Assembly (NCBI GenBank): GCA_003427395.1
Contig: BFEA01000017.1
Coordinates: forward strand, 3,539,838 to 3,603,837
Source: Chara braunii
Lineage: Eukaryota; Plantae; Charophyceae
DNA length: 64,000 nt
Reading direction: 5' to 3'
Positions 62,584-64,000 of the stretch are shown here, one piece after another. How positions within the stretch are numbered: the first letter of the stretch is position 1; each line of letters begins with the position of its first letter. The translations under genes and the position numbers were made by a program. The notes beneath the pieces were generated by a model that saw nothing but the letters and a program-made list of their open reading frames with translations, did no database searches and had not been told where the DNA came from.

Positions 62584-62584
<1 letters not shown>

Positions 62585-63298
62585 AGTTCGCGCTACTGTG
62601 AGAATACTAAAGGGCTTAAATGGTCTGTTGAGATTGCTGATTTGAGAAATTGAGAACGAGTAGTGGTTTCATAATTTCATTGCAATTCCATTCTACTCTA
62701 AGGCTGCAGTACTGCAAACATTGTGCGATCACAGTTTCTAAGCACCACTTCTTGGTTCGCTCACTGTTTCTAAGCCACAATGGAATTGCAATGCAGATTG
62801 CGGAACATCGTCGTTGCTGAAAATGGGAGCAAATGGATAAACAAAAAAAGGGAGGAGGACAACAGCAAACAGCAATAGCTGCAGAGTCGCGCAGACAGCA
62901 TACGCAGTGCAAGTGCGTGGTGTGATCTGAACGCAGAAGAGCCATGGGATGAAGCAAATATAGTGCACCAATTGAGACTTGATTTAAATTAACAGAAGAT
63001 TTTCAAATTTTATTACTTGCCCTGCACAACTGAAGAGTCCACAGGAGAATTTGCTCAATGGGAACCCACAACGTCAACGGAACGACTCACCCAACTGAAT
63101 AGAAGATAAGATATTTCACATGGGAGAGATGGGGAAGAAAGGTGAGAGAGAGCCATGTGTATATAATTTACATACAAAAAAACTTTGAGAAAAAAACTCG
63201 AAAAGGTGAAGTAAACTCGTGTGATGTAATTACTAATTAGGTAGGTAGCAGGTAGGTAGTAGGCAGGTACTATATATTTTTATTATTTTGTGACCGTC

Positions 63299-63393
<95 letters not shown>

Positions 63394-63440
63394 CCGGCAG
63401 GAGCAGGAAGCCATATTGCATAATAGGTACAGAGTACACC

Positions 63441-63668
63441 TCACGTCACCTCATTTTTGTTCTTTTCCAGTGCCTTCACCATCGCGGCCCCTCCTAAGTA
63501 CAGGCCCATAAGAGGACCAGCAAGAAGGAGTTGGGTGAGTGGGTCTGTCGACGGTGTGAGTACGGCTGCAGCTGTAACCGCACCCACAACAACATACTTC
63601 CACACCGCCAACATTTGCTCCCCAGTCACAAGCCCTGTCTGCCCCAAAAGCAGCTGAATCACTGGCAC
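63441..63668 (-). CDS. tatC: Last coding exon of chloroplast Sec-independent translocase TatC (cpTatC/APG2-like); upstream exons lie outside the window
   Basis: [60 protein letters not shown] matches the TatC TM5-TM6 region. Phase-0 acceptor ctgcag| at 63669. Confidence 0.93.
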   Translation of the reverse strand: MPVIQLLLGQTGLVTGEQMLAVWKYVVVGAVTAAAVLTPSTDPLTQLLLAGPLMGLYLGGAAMVKALEKNKNEVT

Positions 63669-64000
63669 CTGCAGCATAGTTCGACAGCACATCCAACCAA
63701 CAAATACACCATCAGACAAACCAAAACAACACAACAGAGGACACAGAAGTGGGCATCGGGTGCCCACAACCGCAACCACCTGCCCCACCCGACCCACAAG
63801 GTGGGTTGGGCTTGGGTCTACCTATGCCTCCTTGGGTGGGTGACGGGCATATGCAGCTAGTGGGCATTTCTGGGTCATTGACGGGTCAGTATTTGCTCTG
63901 GGTCACACATTGCGTGGGTGACAGGTGGGTGAAGGGTTGGCCTGGGCCACCCGACCCATAGACTCAGGACCACCCAAGAAAATCCTCCTCCCCCCCCCCC

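Noticed and set aside
63669-63797. N-terminal 43 aa of the 118-aa ORF as part of TatC
   Set aside because: It lies upstream of the splice acceptor and has no TatC similarity, so it is intron read-through.

Overview
Repeat-rich eukaryotic genomic DNA with several N-gaps. It is streptophyte-type; the style suggests a charophyte alga such as Chara, which is inference only. Only two host genes are supported: a single-coding-exon mitochondrial uncoupling protein (UCP3/PUMP3-like, 36161-37264, -) and the last exon of chloroplast TatC (63441-63668, -). The rest is nested mobile DNA. It includes an RT-deleted Ty3/gypsy chromovirus with both LTRs and a TSD (9264-18006), a full-length TSD-flanked but stop-disrupted L1/Tx1-type LINE (28130-35812), other LINE and gypsy relics, several MITEs, a tRNA-headed SINE, two U6 retrocopies and one U2 retrocopy. 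The most interesting signal is a family of kilobase-scale non-coding poly(A) retroposons (4 copies: 1-4830, ~18010-20085, 45012-49955, ~51968-53605). Their internal tandem units carry a covarying fold like the SRP-RNA Alu domain (3-bp closing helix, GGGY..RCCC hairpin, UGUAA, second hairpin) and a GAGGGNGGAA-loop hairpin. Their 3' ends carry a covarying stem-loop, followed in two copies by an H-type pseudoknot; the stem-loop is shared with a local L1 3' UTR. The working hypothesis is an Alu-like LINE-parasite system in a plant-lineage genome.
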